Shown here piece by piece: positions 44,814 through 53,780 of a stretch of 64,000 bases of DNA. The stretch comes from Pirellulales bacterium (lineage in GTDB: Bacteria > Planctomycetota > Planctomycetia > Pirellulales > PALSA-1355): NCBI GenBank assembly GCA_041741015.1, contig JBGSKX010000303.1, forward strand, positions 4,539 through 68,538, read 5' to 3'. Both the position numbers and the translations under genes were made by a program. Numbering within the stretch: position 1 is the first letter of the stretch; every line of letters starts with the position of its first letter. Under the pieces are notes generated by a model that was not told where the DNA came from, ran no database searches, and saw only the letters and a list, made by a program, of their open reading frames with translations.

Positions 44814-45011
44814 AGCGTATGATTTTGACTCAGGCCGCAGGGTGCGCAGTTGACCCCCCAAAAAGTCAGGAAATTCACAAGCTCCGATCTGTTCAGGGGG
44901 GGGTAATCAGGTAAGATGACGCACGCTCCAAGCCCTTGGAGCCGCTTGCAGCCAGGTCCACAGCTGGCGGCTTGCGTCGCGCTCGTGTTGTGTGGAGGGA
45001 GAGCTATCGCT

Positions 45012-45224
45012 ATGGCGTCGGGTAAGATCAAAAAGTTGGTGCAGGAGAAGGGGTTCGGTTTCATTCAGTCGGAGAACGGACAGGACGTGTTCTTCCATCA
45101 TTCGACCGTGGCCGACCATGGTTTCGACAACCTGTCCGAAGGGCAGAAGGTCGAATACACCGTTGACGACGCTCAGTCGAAGTCGGGCAAGGGACCGCGG
45201 GCCGCGTCCGTGGTACCCGCCTGA
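45012..45224 (+). CDS. Cold-shock protein (CspA family)
   Basis: GGAGGGAG lies 9 nt upstream of the ATG. RNP1 is KGFGFI and RNP2 is VFFHH. Length is 70 aa. Confidence 0.92.
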   Translation: MASGKIKKLVQEKGFGFIQSENGQDVFFHHSTVADHGFDNLSEGQKVEYTVDDAQSKSGKGPRAASVVPA

Positions 45225-45275
45225 ATCGCGCAGCATCCCCCAGGGTTAAGCGCACACAAGATACTGCACCAAACG

Positions 45276-45316
45276 AGCGAGCCGGACGACGAATCGTCCG
45301 GCTCGCTTTATTTCTT
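45276..45316 (+). terminator. Rho-independent terminator after the cold-shock gene
   Basis: A perfect 14-bp stem, agcgagccggacga / tcgtccggctcgct, has a 4-nt loop and is followed by ttatttctt. Confidence 0.6.
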
Positions 45317-45345
45317 GGGCGGACTGTCGTGAGACCGCGTTCGGC

Positions 45346-45618
45346 TCACTCCGCCGTCGTTGGGTCGATCATCGTGCGAACCTCGGAAATTCGGTTCGCT
45401 GGGAACCCACCCTGGCGGGCGTGCTCCTCGATCGACGCCTTATCTGGGGCGATGTAAACGCAGTAAATCTTGTCGTCGGTCACATAGCTCTGGACCCATT
45501 GAACTTGCGGTCCCAGCTTGCGGAGTACGCCGCATGACGTCTGTGATGCCGCCTGCAAATCAGCCGGCGACAAGGAGCCGGCGCCCGGCATTTCTCGCTC
45601 AATAACATATTTGGGCAT
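45346..45618 (-). CDS. DUF4242-family small protein
   Basis: ATG at 45618. MPKYVIEREMPGAG..WVQSYVTDDKIYCVYIAPD..IEEHARQGGFPANRISEV matches the DUF4242 pattern as I recall it. Confidence 0.8.
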   Translation of the reverse strand: MPKYVIEREMPGAGSLSPADLQAASQTSCGVLRKLGPQVQWVQSYVTDDKIYCVYIAPDKASIEEHARQGGFPANRISEVRTMIDPTTAE

Positions 45619-45746
45619 GGTGGTGGTTCCGAGGGTTTTCACCTGTTGGTTGGGAGTGTAACTGGGGATTGTGACGCGCAGTTGGGGCGGTTGCAATCGC
45701 CCGCGGTTCGGTTGAGTCTGACGTCTCTCGGTGCGATAATGCTGCG

Positions 45747-46892
45747 ATGCGATACCTCCTGCTAGTCACTGCTTGTTTGTGTCTCCTGATCTCGCTAACG
45801 ACGGCCATCGCGGCGGAGCCACAGCATGTCGACGTTTATCACGAACCAGGCAGGTTCGGCGGCTGGCCTGCGAATCATGGCATGTGGTCCTGGGGCGACG
45901 AGCTGCTGGTCGGCTTCAGCGCCGGATACTACAAGGACAATGGCCCCGGCAGGCACGCGATCGATCACGATCGACCCGAAGAGCACCTCCTGGCCCGGAG
46001 TCTCGACGGGGGGCTGACTTGGACGATTGAAAACCCGGCCGTGCAGGGTGCGCTCATTCCGCGCGGCGAATCGCTGCACGGCACGGAACTGCCGGGCGTC
46101 AAAGATCGGCCCTGGCTTGAGTGTCCCGGAGGAATTGACTTCACCCATCCCGACTTTGCGATGACGCTCCGGATGAGCGACGCCAAGGGGGGCACCTCTC
46201 GCTTCTATTACTCGCTCGATCGCGGCCACAACTGGCAGGGGCCCTTCAAGTTTCCCGACCTGAAACTGAAAGGAATCGCCGCACGCACGGATTACCTGGT
46301 CAAAGGGCAGGCCGAGTGCCTAGTTTTTCTCACCGCGTCCAAGCAAAACGGCGGCGAGGGGCGCCCCTTCTGCTCGCGTACCATTGACGGTGGAGTCTCC
46401 TGGACGTTTGAGGGCTGGATCGGTCCGGAGCCTCCTGGCTATGCGATCATGCCTTCTGCGGTGAGGCTCGACGTGAGCAATTTGCTCTCGGCAGTTCGCG
46501 TGAGAAACGGTTCCCCCAGTTGGATCGAGGCCTACCACTCGCCGGATGATGGTCGTACCTGGGCGAAGCTCAGTACCCCAGTGCCGGATGCGGGCGAGGG
46601 TAATCCATCCGCCGCAATTAAGCTGGGCGATGGCCGGGTATGCCTGACCTATGGCGTTCGCAAGGCGCCATATCACATGGCGGCTCGGCTCAGCGGCGAT
46701 GGTGGACAGAATTGGAGCGAGGAGATTCTGATCCGCGGCGACGGCGGCGGTCGCGATATCGGCTATCCTCGCAGTGCCGTGCGTCCGGATGGTAAAGTAG
46801 TCACGGTCTATTACTGGCACGATGCTCCACACGAAACGCGCTACATCGCCGCGACAATCTGGGATCCACCGGCGGTGGACGCCCGCCCATGA
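45747..46892 (+). CDS. BNR/Asp-box beta-propeller protein (sialidase superfamily; no RIP motif seen)
   Basis: Signal peptide MRYLLLVTACLCLLISLTTAIA. Asp-boxes SLDGGLTW, SLDRGHNW, TIDGGVSW, SPDDGRTW and SGDGGQNW. Confidence 0.85.
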   Translation: MRYLLLVTACLCLLISLTTAIAAEPQHVDVYHEPGRFGGWPANHGMWSWGDELLVGFSAGYYKDNGPGRHAIDHDRPEEHLLARSLDGGLTWTIENPAVQGALIPRGESLHGTELPGVKDRPWLECPGGIDFTHPDFAMTLRMSDAKGGTSRFYYSLDRGHNWQGPFKFPDLKLKGIAARTDYLVKGQAECLVFLTASKQNGGEGRPFCSRTIDGGVSWTFEGWIGPEPPGYAIMPSAVRLDVSNLLSAVRVRNGSPSWIEAYHSPDDGRTWAKLSTPVPDAGEGNPSAAIKLGDGRVCLTYGVRKAPYHMAARLSGDGGQNWSEEILIRGDGGGRDIGYPRSAVRPDGKVVTVYYWHDAPHETRYIAATIWDPPAVDARP

Positions 46893-47359
46893 GCGAGGTG
46901 TTGCAGAAGGTGCGGGACATGCTGACCTTGGCCGGCGTGTGCTTTGCCGAGAAGCATCATGAGCCGACCTTCACTTCCGAGGAGTCGGCCCGAGCACGCG
47001 GCGAAGCCTTAGCCATCGGCGCCAAGGCATTGGTCGTGAAGGCTGACGACCGCTTTTTATTGCTGGTGTTGCCTGCCGATCGGAAGCTGGATTCGGCCGC
47101 TGTGAAGCGGCATCTCGGCGCAAAGAAGCTACGCTTCGCGGACAAAGATGAACTCTTGCAACTCACGGGCTTGGCGCCAGGCAGCGTACCGCCGTTCGGC
47201 AATCCAATAGTACCGCTGCCGCTCATTGTTGATCCGGAGCTGCTAAAGAACGAACGAGTGGCGTTCAACGCGGGATCGCTCACCGATTCGATCATCATGA
47301 GTGCGCCGGACTACGAGCGAGTCGCGAATGCTCAGTGGTTGTCGATCAGTGTGGGCTAG
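46889..47359 (+). CDS. YbaK/ProX-type aminoacyl-tRNA deacylase domain protein
   Basis: ..AKALVVKADDRFLLLVLPADRKLD..LTGLAPGSVPPFG.. is typical of the YbaK/EbsC editing domain. The start overlaps the upstream stop (ATGA). Confidence 0.88.
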   Translation: MSEVLQKVRDMLTLAGVCFAEKHHEPTFTSEESARARGEALAIGAKALVVKADDRFLLLVLPADRKLDSAAVKRHLGAKKLRFADKDELLQLTGLAPGSVPPFGNPIVPLPLIVDPELLKNERVAFNAGSLTDSIIMSAPDYERVANAQWLSISVG

Positions 47360-47864
47360 CATAAGCGGCTCTTTTGGCGAACTTCCGGCGCAGCGGCAGT
47401 GCCATCAAGGTGGCGATGCACACAAGCATCAGCGAACTGGGTTCAGGCACCGGCGTGAAGTAGATGTAGTCGGCGTAGTCCAGCGTCGAAGTCTCACCGG
47501 TGTAACTGGATCCGAGGCCGGCCTTCGCGAGTAGGGCCTGATCCGTGAGTAGGGCCAGATTGTGATCGTAGCCCCTCATTCAGTGCTGTCATGAACAAGT
47601 TGGCGAAGACCCCGTTTCCAATCACTGCCGGATGCAGCCCGTCTTGAAAGAAGTAAGTTGGGTTCGAGTTGCCCGTGGTTGTGTTGATCGTAACGCCGCC
47701 GATGATGAGGGTACCCAACTGCCGTTGAAAGCGGTTCCCTGAGTTTCGCTCGCACCCAAGGCGGCATAGCCATTGAATGTGGCTGAAAATGCGCATGGAC
47801 TGCCTGCGACCTGGATCGCAAGCATGAAAAAAGCGGAGAGTGTCCAAACTGCCACGCGCGCCAT
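47346..47864 (-). pseudogene. Frameshifted small PEP-CTERM protein
   Basis: Three consecutive minus-strand frames read as one protein. The first gives a signal peptide (MARVAVWTLSAFFMLAIQVAGSPCAFS..). The second gives GTLIIGGVTINTTTGNSNPTYFFQDGLHPAVIGNGVFANLF. The third gives ..YFTPVPEPSSLMLVCIATLMALPLRRKF, a PEP motif plus TM plus basic tail. Frame changes fall near 47705-47720 and 47572-47580. Confidence 0.6.
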
Positions 47865-48159
47865 TAGCGGACTCCTTCGGAAGGTGAACCAGGATCAGTG
47901 GATCTCAGGGGGGCGACACCCTAGTAACCCCAAAAGTTGGCGCAGGTTACACAGGAAATCGCTTGAACGCAGGGATTTTACGACCGCTTTTTCGGGATTC
48001 CGCATTCTTGGTGTTGGACGGAGTCGTTTCGCCCAATATCGTGCCGACAATAATTGTCTGGACAATAGTTGTCGAGATAAGTATCATGCCGTCGTGGACG
48101 CGATGAACAGTGCATGTTCGATCGAATCATGAAAACGACGCAACCTTTAAACCCTTGTT

Positions 48160-49422
48160 ATGGGTGATGCGATGATTAATGTCCCCCAGGCTGATGTGCT
48201 GGTTATTGGTGGCGGTCCGGCCGGCGCGACGGTGTCGACCCTTATTGCGCAAAAGGGCTACAAGGTGCAGCTCTTCGAACGCGAGAAGTTTCCGCGGTTC
48301 CATATCGGCGAATCACTGATTCCCGAAACATACTGGGTACTCGAGCGGCTAAATATGCTGCCCAAACTTCGCAACAGTCCATTCGTGAAGAAGTACAGCG
48401 TGCAGTTCGTGGGTTCGAGCGGACGGCTTTCAGAGCCTTTCTATTTCGACGAGCACAAACCGCACGAAGCTTCGCAAACCTGGCAGGTACTGCGCAGCGA
48501 GTTCGACCTGATGATGCTCGACAACGCTCGCGAGCATGGAGTGGAAGTCTTCGAAGAGACTCGGGTCATTGAGGTGCTTTTCGAAGGCGAGCGGGCCGTT
48601 GGGCTGCGCGTGGCGGGTCCCGATGGTGTTGCCCGGGATGTTCGAGCTCGCGTTGTGATTGACGCCAGCGGGCAAAGCGCCGTGATTTCGAACCGCTTTA
48701 AGCTCCGCGTGAACGATCCGGAGCTCAAAAAGGGAGCCGTCTGGACTTACTTCGAGGGCGCGTATCGCGATACGGGGAAGGACGAAGGCGCCACGATTGT
48801 ACTTTCGACCGAAGGGCGACGCGGCTGGTTCTGGTACATCCCTCTGCATCGCAACATTGTCAGTGTTGGTGTCGTATCGGAATTCGCGGAACTGTTCACG
48901 CCCGGAATGTCGCACGAGCAGATCTACCAGGAGCAGTTGAACAAGTGCCCGGCGGTGAAACAGCGCGTATCGCAAGGCAAACGTGTGGCGGATTACTACG
49001 CCACCAAGGACTACTCTTATCGCGCCAAACAGGCGACCGGAGACGGTTGGGTTCTGGTCGGCGATGCCTACGGGTTTCTCGACCCGCTGTACTCTTCAGG
49101 GGTGCTGCTCGCGCTGAAGTCAGGCCAGCTCGCGGCAGATGCTGTGTGCGATGCTCTGGCGAAGAATGACACGAGCGCGGCCGAATTGGGCAAGTGGACG
49201 GGGGAATTTTCCCGGGGCATGGATCGGATGCGACGCCTCGTTTGCGAATTCTACAACGGCTTCAGCTTTGGCCGTTTTGTTAAAGAGTATCCGCAACTCA
49301 AAGGTCACCTCACCGACCTATTGATCGGAGATCTATTTGACGGTCACGTCGACGAAGTCATCGAACCGATGGAGTCGACGAAGCGAGATGGCGCCTACGT
49401 CTACGCGAGCCTGCCAGAGTAG
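48160..49422 (+). CDS. FAD-dependent oxidoreductase with flavin-dependent-halogenase signature motifs
   Basis: VIGGGPAGA (the GxGxxG motif). FPRFHIGESLIP. WFWYIP (the WxWxIP motif, nt 48826-48843). FLDPLYSSG (the FxxPxxSxG motif). Confidence 0.88.
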   Translation: MGDAMINVPQADVLVIGGGPAGATVSTLIAQKGYKVQLFEREKFPRFHIGESLIPETYWVLERLNMLPKLRNSPFVKKYSVQFVGSSGRLSEPFYFDEHKPHEASQTWQVLRSEFDLMMLDNAREHGVEVFEETRVIEVLFEGERAVGLRVAGPDGVARDVRARVVIDASGQSAVISNRFKLRVNDPELKKGAVWTYFEGAYRDTGKDEGATIVLSTEGRRGWFWYIPLHRNIVSVGVVSEFAELFTPGMSHEQIYQEQLNKCPAVKQRVSQGKRVADYYATKDYSYRAKQATGDGWVLVGDAYGFLDPLYSSGVLLALKSGQLAADAVCDALAKNDTSAAELGKWTGEFSRGMDRMRRLVCEFYNGFSFGRFVKEYPQLKGHLTDLLIGDLFDGHVDEVIEPMESTKRDGAYVYASLPE

Positions 49423-49447
49423 AAGAACTGCATGCTCGATCGCCGGA

Positions 49448-52039
49448 CTAGTATTTTAACGTGAGCTTTGCCTTGTGCTCTTCGAGCCAGCGAAGTGCAG
49501 CCATGGGCGTCATGTCGTTCAAGTCCAGTTTCGAGAGCCCGCTGACGATCGGATGTTCTTCCGGCGCGAACAGCGTCAGCTGGAGATCCGCCGTTTTGAT
49601 CTTTCGTCCGCGGGTGGATTTGGCTCGAGAGGTTGACGTAAGTTGCTCATTTTCGAGCTGAGCCAGAATCTGTTTGGCTCGCTCCACAACTTCGCCCGGA
49701 ACCCCGGCCAATCGAGCCACGTGGATGCCATAGCTCTTGTCCGCCGCGCCGGGCAAAATCTTGTGCAAGAATACAACTTGATCCTGCCATTCGCGCACTG
49801 CAACGTTGAAATTGCGAACGCCGGCCAGAGAGTCGGCAAGCGAGGTAAGTTCGTGATAGTGCGTGGCGAATAATGTACGGCAGCCGACGTTGTCGTGCAG
49901 GTGCTCAACGACTGCCCACGCGAGCGACATGCCGTCGTAGGTGCTAGTGCCGCGTCCAATTTCGTCCAGGATCACCAGACTGCGCGAAGTCGCGGCATGG
50001 AGGATCCGGGCAGTTTCAATCATCTCGACCATGAACGTGCTTTGCCCACGATGCAGTTCGTCGCTGGCGCCGACACGGGCGAAGATTCGGTCTGCCACGC
50101 CGATCAAAGCGCTTTTGGCGGGTACGAAGCTGCCGACCTGAGCCATCAAGGAAATCAGCGCGACCTGGCGAATATATGTGCTTTTGCCGGCCATGTTGGG
50201 ACCGGTGATCAACAGCGAGGTGCCATGTTCACCGCCGCACTCAACATCATTTGGGACGAACGTGCCCTCGGTCAGAATCTCATCGAGAACCGGATGCCGC
50301 CCATCGCTGATCTCGATCACCGGCTCGGCGGAGATTTGCGGCCGGCAGTAGCGCCGATGCCGGGCCAACTCCGCCAGTGCGACCAGGACGTCAACCTCGG
50401 CCAGCGCCGCGGCCGTTCTCTGAAGTCGCGCCACTTCCCTGGCCACGAGGTCGCGCAATTCGCTGAACAGAGTGTACTCCAGGTCTCGCGACTTTTCATC
50501 GGCCGAAAGCACGCGTTCTTCGTATTCCTTGAGTTCGGGCGTGATGTAACGTTCCGCATTCTTGACCGTTTGCTTGCGGATATAGTCGGCCGGAATCTTG
50601 TTGCCGTGCGTGTTCGTGATTTCAAGATAGTAGCCGAAAACCTTGTTAAATCCGACCTTGAGATTGGGAATGCCCAGGCGTTCGGCCTGTTCGCTCTGAT
50701 AGCGAGCGATCCATTGCTTGCCACCGCTCGTCAGGTCTCGCAGACCATCGAGTTCCGCTGAGAATCCATCACGAATGAATGCTCCTTCGCGGCTCGAAAT
50801 CGGGCATTCGTCGGCCAATGCCTGATCGAGCCTGGTACGCACGTCCGCGCAGAGTTCAATCTGCGATTCCAGTTCCCGCAACCGGCCGCTGGCTCGCGCG
50901 GTGAGCTTTGCCTTGATGGCAGGCAACTTGCTCAGTGTGCGCCCAACGCAACTAAGATCGCGCGGTCCGCAGCGGCCAGTTGTCACGCGAGCGAGCAACC
51001 TTTCCATGTCGTGTGTGCCGCGGAACTGCTCGGCCAGTCCTGCGCACAAGCCAGCGTCGGCGACCAACTCTGCGACCGCATCCAGCCGGGCATCAATTGC
51101 CGCGACGTTAATCAGTGGACTGGCTAACCACTGTGCGATGAGCCTCGCTCCCATGGAAGTCAGTGTGCGATCCATGACACCTAATAAGGAGCCCTCGCGT
51201 TGGCCGTCGCGCAGGGTTGCCGTGATCTCCAGGCTGCGGCGCGTCGCCGCATCAATTTCGAGCGATTCGCCTGGCGAGTACCGAGTCAGCCGGTCGATGT
51301 GCGCGAGCGACGCTTTCTGTGTCTCCTGGAGATACGCGAGGACGGCGCCGGCAGCCCTAACGGCCGGCGCGTCGTTCTCGGTGAAGCCGAAACCCTCCAG
51401 ATTGTGCGTAGCGAAGTGCGAAAGCAGCGTCTCCGTGGCCGAGCTGATCGAGAACGCCCAACCGGGGCGATGTGTCACCAGCGATGCTGTGCCGTTGAGC
51501 CAGTGCCCAATTTCCACATCCTCCGCGACCAAACACTCCGCCGGACCGATGCGGGCAAGCTCGTCTGTCACGCGATCAGGCAAAAAGCACGCCGCATAAA
51601 AGCGACCCGTGGAAAGTTCAACCCAAGCGACCCCGGCTGCGTGATCATCGGGAACCACGGCGGCCAGAAAGTTGCTCGTATGAGGGTCGAGCAAGGCATC
51701 GTCCGTCACCGTGCCGGCTGTCACGACGCGAGTGATCGCGCGGCGCACCAGACCTTTTGCTGCGCGGGCATCTTCGACCTGATCGCAAATGGCAGCCCGA
51801 TAGCCGGCGGCGATCAGCTTGCCCAGATAGCTTTCCAGCTGATGGTGCGGAAAACCGGCCATCGGCGTGGCGTTTTCGCCCTTGTCGCGACTGGTGAGCG
51901 CCAGATTCAGAACCCTGGCCACGGTTTTGGCGTCTTCGTGGAAGAGCTCGTAAAAGTCACCCATCCGAAACAGCAATAGTGCATCAGGACATGCCGCCTT
52001 GGCATCCTGATACTGCTTCATCATGGGAGAGAGAGTCAT
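49448..52039 (-). CDS. mutS: DNA mismatch repair protein MutS
   Basis: N-terminus LSPMMKQYQDAK. Walker A GPNMAGKST. DEIGRGTST is present. Length is 863 aa. Confidence 0.95.
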   Translation of the reverse strand: MTLSPMMKQYQDAKAACPDALLLFRMGDFYELFHEDAKTVARVLNLALTSRDKGENATPMAGFPHHQLESYLGKLIAAGYRAAICDQVEDARAAKGLVRRAITRVVTAGTVTDDALLDPHTSNFLAAVVPDDHAAGVAWVELSTGRFYAACFLPDRVTDELARIGPAECLVAEDVEIGHWLNGTASLVTHRPGWAFSISSATETLLSHFATHNLEGFGFTENDAPAVRAAGAVLAYLQETQKASLAHIDRLTRYSPGESLEIDAATRRSLEITATLRDGQREGSLLGVMDRTLTSMGARLIAQWLASPLINVAAIDARLDAVAELVADAGLCAGLAEQFRGTHDMERLLARVTTGRCGPRDLSCVGRTLSKLPAIKAKLTARASGRLRELESQIELCADVRTRLDQALADECPISSREGAFIRDGFSAELDGLRDLTSGGKQWIARYQSEQAERLGIPNLKVGFNKVFGYYLEITNTHGNKIPADYIRKQTVKNAERYITPELKEYEERVLSADEKSRDLEYTLFSELRDLVAREVARLQRTAAALAEVDVLVALAELARHRRYCRPQISAEPVIEISDGRHPVLDEILTEGTFVPNDVECGGEHGTSLLITGPNMAGKSTYIRQVALISLMAQVGSFVPAKSALIGVADRIFARVGASDELHRGQSTFMVEMIETARILHAATSRSLVILDEIGRGTSTYDGMSLAWAVVEHLHDNVGCRTLFATHYHELTSLADSLAGVRNFNVAVREWQDQVVFLHKILPGAADKSYGIHVARLAGVPGEVVERAKQILAQLENEQLTSTSRAKSTRGRKIKTADLQLTLFAPEEHPIVSGLSKLDLNDMTPMAALRWLEEHKAKLTLKY

Positions 52040-52401
52040 GTGCGGGCCGAGCTCCTAATAGACCCGCGCATGCTAGCAAACCAGCGTGAGAAGTGGGAGG
52101 GGGCGCTCCTCAGGCTCCGCGACCGACATTACCGCTGCACGAACCGTCGGCTGCCTGGCTTGTTGCGAGATACTGAATTCCCTTGTCAATTGCTGCCGAT
52201 CGCGTCTCCGACGTCCCGGAGAAACCTCGGCTCGTCGACAGCAGAAAGCCTGCCGTGAGTATGAGTACGCAGGACGGGTGACGTAGTATCCTGCGTGATA
52301 CGGACATCGTCGATACTCCAAGTGGACAGGCACCTACTCGATTTTCGTGGCACCACCAGTATAGCGGATGGCACCAGAGCCCCGAGACTCGCGCAAGTCG
52401 G

Positions 52402-53373
52402 CTATTGCTTCGCAACGTGCCAGATCACGTTTCCAGGCTCATCCGCTACGAGCAACGCTCCGCCCTGAGTAACAGCGACTCCGACCGGCCGCCCATGAAC
52501 GCGTTCATTGTCGATCTTGAACCCGGTTAGGAAGCCCTCGATTTCGCCGGTCGGTTTTCCGTTCTGAAAGGGGGCAAACGCCACGCGATAGCCCGCGAAC
52601 GTTGACCGGTTCCATGACCCACGTTGGCCGATGAACGCACCGCCGTGGTAGCGATCAGGAAACTGGGTGGCGTCGTAGAACGCGAGACCCAGCGACGCGG
52701 TGTGGGCACCAAGTGCCAGGTCGGGGACCCGAGTCTTCTCGACCAGATCCGGTCTCTCGCCCGCCCGTCGCGGATCTTCATGTGACCCGAAGTACGCATA
52801 GGGCCAGCCGTAGAAGGCGTTCCGCTCGACAACGGTGAGGTAATCCGGAACCAAGTCGTCGCCCAATTCATCGCGTTCGTTTACTGCTGTCCACAGCAAG
52901 CCACTTTCGGGCTGCCAGTCCATTCCCACCGGGTTGCGGAGTCCCGACGCGAACACACACAGAGCGGTGCCATCGAGGTTCATTTCCAGAATATCTGCCC
53001 GCAGTAGCTCTACTTGCATGCCATGCTCCGCCACGTTACTGGCCGAACCGACCGAGACATAGAGTTTGGTGCCTTGACGATTGGCGACGATGTTTCGCGT
53101 CCAATGGTTGTTGTATCCGCCGGCCGGCAAGCTCGTGATAGTCCGTGGTTTGCCGACGATACCCGTCTCACCGACCTTGAATGGATAGGCCAGCACAGCG
53201 TCGGTGCAGGCGACAAACAGTGTGTCGTCCACGAGCGCCATTCCGAATGGTTGATTCAGTTCGGAGAGGAACGTTTCTTGGATTTCCGCCCTTCCGTCGC
53301 GATCGGCGTCGCGAAGCAACGAGATCTTGTTGGGCGAGTTGCCTGTGGGGAACACCCGAACTGTTTGCCGCAA
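52402..53373 (-). CDS. PQQ-dependent sugar (glucose/sorbosone) dehydrogenase, N-terminally truncated (probable pseudogene)
   Basis: The propeller runs from ..NKISLLRDADRDG.. through ..GLRNPVGMDW.., ..GWPYAYFG.. and ..RPVGVAV... There is no signal peptide or first blade, and only a TTG start at 53373. The ORF abuts another truncated gene. Confidence 0.65.
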   Translation of the reverse strand: MRQTVRVFPTGNSPNKISLLRDADRDGRAEIQETFLSELNQPFGMALVDDTLFVACTDAVLAYPFKVGETGIVGKPRTITSLPAGGYNNHWTRNIVANRQGTKLYVSVGSASNVAEHGMQVELLRADILEMNLDGTALCVFASGLRNPVGMDWQPESGLLWTAVNERDELGDDLVPDYLTVVERNAFYGWPYAYFGSHEDPRRAGERPDLVEKTRVPDLALGAHTASLGLAFYDATQFPDRYHGGAFIGQRGSWNRSTFAGYRVAFAPFQNGKPTGEIEGFLTGFKIDNERVHGRPVGVAVTQGGALLVADEPGNVIWHVAKQ

Positions 53374-53569
53374 TTGCTACGTGCATCCGGCCGTGATTGA
53401 GGCGTATCTCGATCGGTCGTTGGCTGAACTGCTGATGCGGCGAACCGAACAGGAGCTTCAGGGACTTTCGCACCTGCCCGCGGAAGAGGCCGCCGTGCTG
53501 GGGCTGTTGCAAGGAAGGCTCAAACAGCAAAGAAAAGCCAAACGCCGCAGGCCGCGCAAGCACAAGTAG
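53327..53569 (+). pseudogene. C-terminal fragment (about 75 aa) of a type IB DNA topoisomerase
   Basis: ..VGNTRTVCRNCYVHPAVIEAYLDRSL.. corresponds to the active-site tyrosine segment at the C-terminus of bacterial TopIB. No upstream catalytic domain is present. Confidence 0.55.
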
Positions 53570-53594
53570 TGGATACTACCTCGCGCGAACACAA

Positions 53595-53625
53595 ACGGCT
53601 TTTGCCAGTTGCTGGCAAAAGCCGT
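53595..53625 (-). terminator. Hairpin terminator downstream of tRNA-Ala
   Basis: A perfect 14-bp stem, acggcttttgccag / ctggcaaaagccgt, has a 3-nt loop. On the minus strand it is followed by TTGTGTT, 12 nt after the tRNA 3' end. Confidence 0.55.
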
Positions 53626-53637
53626 GGGAACTTCAAG

Positions 53638-53710
53638 TGGAGCGGAAGGGAGTCGAACCCTCGACCTCTGCATTGCGAACGCAGCGCTCTCCCAACTGAG
53701 CTACCGCCCC
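53638..53710 (-). tRNA. tRNA-Ala (anticodon CGC)
   Basis: The reverse complement GGGGCGGTAGCTCAGTTGGGAGAGCGCTGCGTTCGCAATGCAGAGGTCGAGGGTTCGACTCCCTTCCGCTCCA folds as a cloverleaf. It has a 7-bp acceptor stem with the Ala identity pair G3:U70. The anticodon loop is TTCGCAA and the T-loop is TTCGACT. CCA is not encoded. Confidence 0.95.
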
Positions 53711-53780
53711 TAATCGACCGCCTGACGGCTCTCAATCGCCAACAGGAACGGTGCATTTTAGGGTTCGTCCGGCGAGGTGT

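Noticed and set aside
44896-44903. G8 tract as a phase-variation switch
   Set aside because: It lies in a non-coding leader, not in a CDS or between recognisable -35 and -10 elements. I cannot support a slipped-strand switch from sequence alone.
52040-52401. A 360-nt gap upstream of mutS, examined for an RNA gene or small CDS
   Set aside because: I could see no cloverleaf, no strong hairpin and no ORF with a credible product. It is probably just promoter or leader sequence.
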